DNA of 64,000 bases, taken from an uncultured bacterium. Its GTDB lineage: Bacteria > Patescibacteriota > Minisyncoccia > UBA6257 > 2-01-FULL-56-20. The notes below the pieces were generated by a model. It saw only the letters and a program-made list of their open reading frames with translations, had not been told where the DNA came from and did no database searches. Position 1 is the first letter of the stretch. Each line of letters opens with the position of its first letter. The position numbers and the translations under genes are program-made. Of the stretch, positions 61,085 through 64,000 are shown one piece after another. The DNA lies in assembly GCA_963725235.1 (NCBI GenBank), contig CAVRXN010000002.1, positions 378,902 through 442,901 of the forward strand, read 5' to 3'.

Positions 61085-61828
61085 AAAACCATCTACATAA
61101 TGTGGCTCCGCGAATTGAAGCGATACATCCGCTCGAAATCACGAATCCTTGGCTCGCTTGGCCAACCGCTCTTATTCCTGCTCGCACTCGGCTACGGACT
61201 CGGCTCGGTCTTCGCGGCAGCAGGGCAGGGGAATTATTTTAAATTTCTCGCGCCGGGCATTATCGGCATGAGCATTATTTTCACCGCAATCTTCTCCGGC
61301 ATCCAATTGATTTGGGATCGCCAATTCGGCTTCTTGAAAGAAACGCTCGTCGCGCCTGTCAATCGATTCAACATCATGCTCGGCCGGACGCTCGGTGGCG
61401 CAACCGTCGCAACCATCCAGGGCATCGTCGTTTTTCTTCTCGCCGTCATCTTCGGCTTCCGCCCCGATAACTGGGCGCTTCTCCCCGTCGCCATAGTCTT
61501 CATGCTCCTCGTCGCCCTGCTTTTCACCGCGCTCGGCACCGGCATCGCATCGCTCCTGGACGACATGCAGGGCTTCCAGCTAATCATGAACTTCCTCGTC
61601 ATGCCGCTATTTTTCCTTTCCGGCGCACTCTTCCCATTGACCGGCCTGCCCGCTATCCTTTCCGACCTGACAGTCATCGATCCGCTCTCGTACGGCATCG
61701 ACTCATTCCGCGCCCTGCTCGTTAACAGCACCCACTTCGGCCTCGTAACCGACACCAGCGTCCTCGTCATCGTTACGCTCGTCTTCCTCGGCATCGGAAC
61801 GTATTTGTTCTCGAAGATTGAGGTGTAA
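61082..61828 (+). CDS. ABC-2-type transporter permease
   Basis: Six TM helices with an N-terminal WLRELKRYIRSKSRILG, typical of ABC-2 permeases. Confidence 0.9.
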   Translation: MKTIYIMWLRELKRYIRSKSRILGSLGQPLLFLLALGYGLGSVFAAAGQGNYFKFLAPGIIGMSIIFTAIFSGIQLIWDRQFGFLKETLVAPVNRFNIMLGRTLGGATVATIQGIVVFLLAVIFGFRPDNWALLPVAIVFMLLVALLFTALGTGIASLLDDMQGFQLIMNFLVMPLFFLSGALFPLTGLPAILSDLTVIDPLSYGIDSFRALLVNSTHFGLVTDTSVLVIVTLVFLGIGTYLFSKIEV

Positions 61829-61837
61829 GTTTGTTGC

Positions 61838-61872
61838 AAAAAAAGGACGATAACGCTTACGCGCAATCGTCC
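61838..61872 (-). terminator. Rho-independent terminator
   Basis: GGACGAT-N14-ATCGTCC, followed on the minus strand by TTTTTTT. Confidence 0.6.
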
Positions 61873-61888
61873 AATGGTTTCCGTTGCA

Positions 61889-62275
61889 TTACGGGATCAT
61901 GTACATGCCAAGAATATTGGCCCCAATAGCAAAGACAATGCAAGGATAAGCAAAAATCTTGTGGAACTTCTCAGACCGAGTTCCGGAAAAACGAAATTTG
62001 ATCAGGGAAAGCGTAATCGCAAAACCCGGCGCGAAAAAATACAGATGGGCTTTGACGATCGGTGTATTTCTGTCGAGAGAAGGAAGAAAAGCGATGGACA
62101 CGAGGACAGCTATAACGACCGCAACCGTCACGTTGAACAGCCCAATCTTTCCGTTGACAAGTACCCGGTGAAGATCGACGGCTGGCATATGGCGGCCGCG
62201 GTTAAGCTTCGTCCAAATCCCGGTCGTTGCGATACAAACGACTAGAAACAATGACCAAACGGTCGCAACATTCAT
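61889..62275 (-). CDS. Membrane protein, hypothetical
   Basis: Four hydrophobic helices. ATG 62275 is preferred over the listed 62368, which would overlap the divergent promoter. Confidence 0.5.
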   Translation of the reverse strand: MNVATVWSLFLVVCIATTGIWTKLNRGRHMPAVDLHRVLVNGKIGLFNVTVAVVIAVLVSIAFLPSLDRNTPIVKAHLYFFAPGFAITLSLIKFRFSGTRSEKFHKIFAYPCIVFAIGANILGMYMIP

Positions 62276-62350
62276 GAAACACCTGAAAAAAACTATCATA
62301 CCGCTCCTTTCCGCGACTAATATCGCATTTGAGCTAATGGAAATATAGCA

Positions 62351-62365
62351 TATAATTACATCATG
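62351..62365 (+). promoter_or_regulatory. -10 box abutting the start codon (TATAAT-N6-ATG)
   Basis: Hexamer at 62351-62356, ATG at 62363. Confidence 0.4.
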
Positions 62366-63058
62366 CAAAAGCTCTCCCGTTCCAAGCTCGAGTTATTTAC
62401 CGAGTGCCAACGCTGTTTTTGGCTGGATGTAAAAATGGGCGTCAAGCGGCCGCCGGGGTTTCCGTTCACGATCAACAACGCGATCGACTTCCTGCTCAAG
62501 GCCGAGTTTGATGCCCATCGCGAAAAGGGGACAAAGCATGCCGTCATGGAAAAGAATAAGATCGACGCGATTCCGTTCGCGCACGAAAACTTAAACAAGT
62601 GGCGGCATAATTTTACCGGCATCCAGTTCGAACATAAGCCGACAGATTTCCTCGTCTATGGCGCCGTTGACGATCTTTGGATCAACCCTGATGGCGAACT
62701 GATGGTCGTCGATTATAAAGCGACGGGCGCGAAACAGCATCAGATTTACGATTCGTACGGCCGGCAGATGGAAATTTATCAATGGCTCCTGCGCCAAAAC
62801 GGTTTCGAAGTCTCGCGAACCGGCTACTTCGTTTTCGCGCAGGTGAATAAAGGCGAGGGATTTGGCAATGGAACTGCAGCGCTTGCATTCGATCTCTACG
62901 TCGAGCCATACACCGCCGCGGACGATGGCGGCGAATCGTGGATCGACCATGCTCTGATGAACGCCAAAAAAACATACGATAAAACCACCGCCCCCGAAGC
63001 AACGCCAACCTGCGATTACTGCAATTATCGCGACGCGGCGGCGAAGGCGACTGGGTAA
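62363..63058 (+). CDS. PD-(D/E)XK nuclease superfamily protein (Cas4/RecB-like, four-Cys cluster)
   Basis: ECQRCFW near the N-terminus, GAVDDLW, MVVDYKATG (D/ExK) and a C-terminal CDYCNY. Confidence 0.7.
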   Translation: MQKLSRSKLELFTECQRCFWLDVKMGVKRPPGFPFTINNAIDFLLKAEFDAHREKGTKHAVMEKNKIDAIPFAHENLNKWRHNFTGIQFEHKPTDFLVYGAVDDLWINPDGELMVVDYKATGAKQHQIYDSYGRQMEIYQWLLRQNGFEVSRTGYFVFAQVNKGEGFGNGTAALAFDLYVEPYTAADDGGESWIDHALMNAKKTYDKTTAPEATPTCDYCNYRDAAAKATG

Positions 63059-63071
63059 CAAGATCTTAACA

Positions 63072-63419
63072 ATGCCATTCATTCAAAAAACTAAACCGTT
63101 TAGTTGGACTGCGCACGCGAAGGCGAAAATGCAGTTTTATAAATTGTCGCCATCACGCGTGCGGCATGTCCTCCATACGCCAAAGCGTATCGAGGAAGGT
63201 GTCGCGCCAAAAACGGTTGCGGCCATGCAACCCGGCTCAATCAAAAAAGTCGGGCAAAAAGAAATATGGTCGCAGGAAATCTGGGTGATGTTTCAGGATT
63301 CGCCACGTGAGCGGAAAATAATCAGCGCCTGGCGCTATCCGGGAGTAACAAAACCACGCGATGTGATGGTTCGAAAACTGGTCATGCAAGAATTAAAGGA
63401 ATATCGTGGTACTAAATAA
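63072..63419 (+). CDS. Hypothetical protein (DUF4258-like N-terminus)
   Basis: TAHAKAKMQFYKLSPSRVRHVL resembles the DUF4258 pattern. This is a weak call. Confidence 0.45.
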   Translation: MPFIQKTKPFSWTAHAKAKMQFYKLSPSRVRHVLHTPKRIEEGVAPKTVAAMQPGSIKKVGQKEIWSQEIWVMFQDSPRERKIISAWRYPGVTKPRDVMVRKLVMQELKEYRGTK

Positions 63420-63423
63420 CGTC

Positions 63424-63873
63424 ATGCTTATTACCAGCCCATCATTCGAAAACGACGGCACAATCCCGAAAAAGTTCACGTGCGAAGCAGGGAACATCAA
63501 TCCCGAATTGCAGATCCAGAACGTCCCGCCGGGTGCCAAAAGTTTGGCGCTTATTATGCACGACCCCGATGCACCACGCGATGGGGGATTTACGCACTGG
63601 GTTGTGTGGAATATTGACCCTGCAACGCCGTTTATAAAAGAAGAAAGCATTCCGGCCGGCGCGACCGAAGGAACGAACGGCGCGGGAAAAATTGGCTACA
63701 TGGGTCCATGCCCGCCGCCCGGCCATGGCGTCCACCATTACCAGTTCCGGCTCTATGCACTCGATAGCCTGCTCGACCTGCTATCGACAACGCCCGTGGT
63801 GGCTCTGGAAGCCGAAATTGAGAAGCACTTGCTAGAAACCGCAGAATTGGTAGGATTATACAGTAGGGAATAG
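63424..63873 (+). CDS. YbhB/YbcL family Raf-kinase-inhibitor-like (PEBP) protein
   Basis: LALIMHDPDAP, GGFTHWVVWNI and GYMGPCPPPGHGVHHYQFRLYALD. Confidence 0.9.
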   Translation: MLITSPSFENDGTIPKKFTCEAGNINPELQIQNVPPGAKSLALIMHDPDAPRDGGFTHWVVWNIDPATPFIKEESIPAGATEGTNGAGKIGYMGPCPPPGHGVHHYQFRLYALDSLLDLLSTTPVVALEAEIEKHLLETAELVGLYSRE

Positions 63874-63888
63874 TTAACTAACTAAACC

Positions 63889-64000
63889 ATGGAATTAACA
63901 AGCTTAACCGACGCACAATTAGTAATAGAATCGCTGGCCGGCACGCAGGAATCGTTTGCGGAGTTGGTGACCCGGCATTTAAGCGGCGTGTACAATTTTT
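63889..64000 (+). CDS. ECF-type RNA polymerase sigma factor, N-terminal fragment (runs off the window)
   Basis: LTDAQLVIESLAGTQESFAELVTRHLSGVYNF matches the start of sigma-70 region 2. Confidence 0.6.
   Translation, partial: MELTSLTDAQLVIESLAGTQESFAELVTRHLSGVYNF

Overview
64-kb chromosomal window from a small-genome bacterium, standard genetic code. It is probably a Patescibacteria/CPR (Parcubacteria-like) organism. The clues are a 16S rRNA gene split by a ~0.9-kb insertion encoding a LAGLIDADG homing endonuclease, divergent universal primer sites (GTGCCAGCACCAGCGGTAATAC at the 515 region), many domain-less secreted or membrane proteins, and sparse metabolism. I call about 70 CDS, 3 tRNAs (Lys-CTT, Arg-TCG, Gln-CTG) and one stand-alone 16S with no 23S following it. 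I found no CRISPR array, transposase or integrase. Recognisable content includes obg, two greA paralogues, rplS, rplU, proS, holB, groES/groEL with a CIRCE operator, gap, rpiB, trxB with a glutaredoxin, and a DEAD-box helicase. There are also an ABC-F ATPase, three ABC transporter sets, two mreB copies with mreC, an mreD-like gene and a frameshifted PBP2, a cfa-like methyltransferase coupled to an FAD oxidoreductase, three receiver-only response regulators and one histidine kinase. Main second-look items: (1) at least 14 genes have a -10 box exactly 6 nt upstream of the ATG, which is leaderless-mRNA geometry, and the 16S 3' tail lacks the CCUCC anti-Shine-Dalgarno. (2) A low-GC island (~44.3-51.2 kb) encodes Leu-dehydrogenase, a PaaK-like ligase, an E1/ThiF-like enzyme, a methyltransferase-like protein, an unknown protein and an Acg-type nitroreductase, and ends inside a compositionally chimeric histidine kinase. 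(3) PBP2 carries two +1 frameshifts. (4) A cluster of DnaA-box-like palindromes sits on a promoter-plus-terminator unit. (5) A cfa plus FAD-reductase pair resembles the 10-methyl fatty-acid pathway. All product calls rest on motifs I recognised by eye in the supplied translations; no homology search, RNA folding program or statistics were run.
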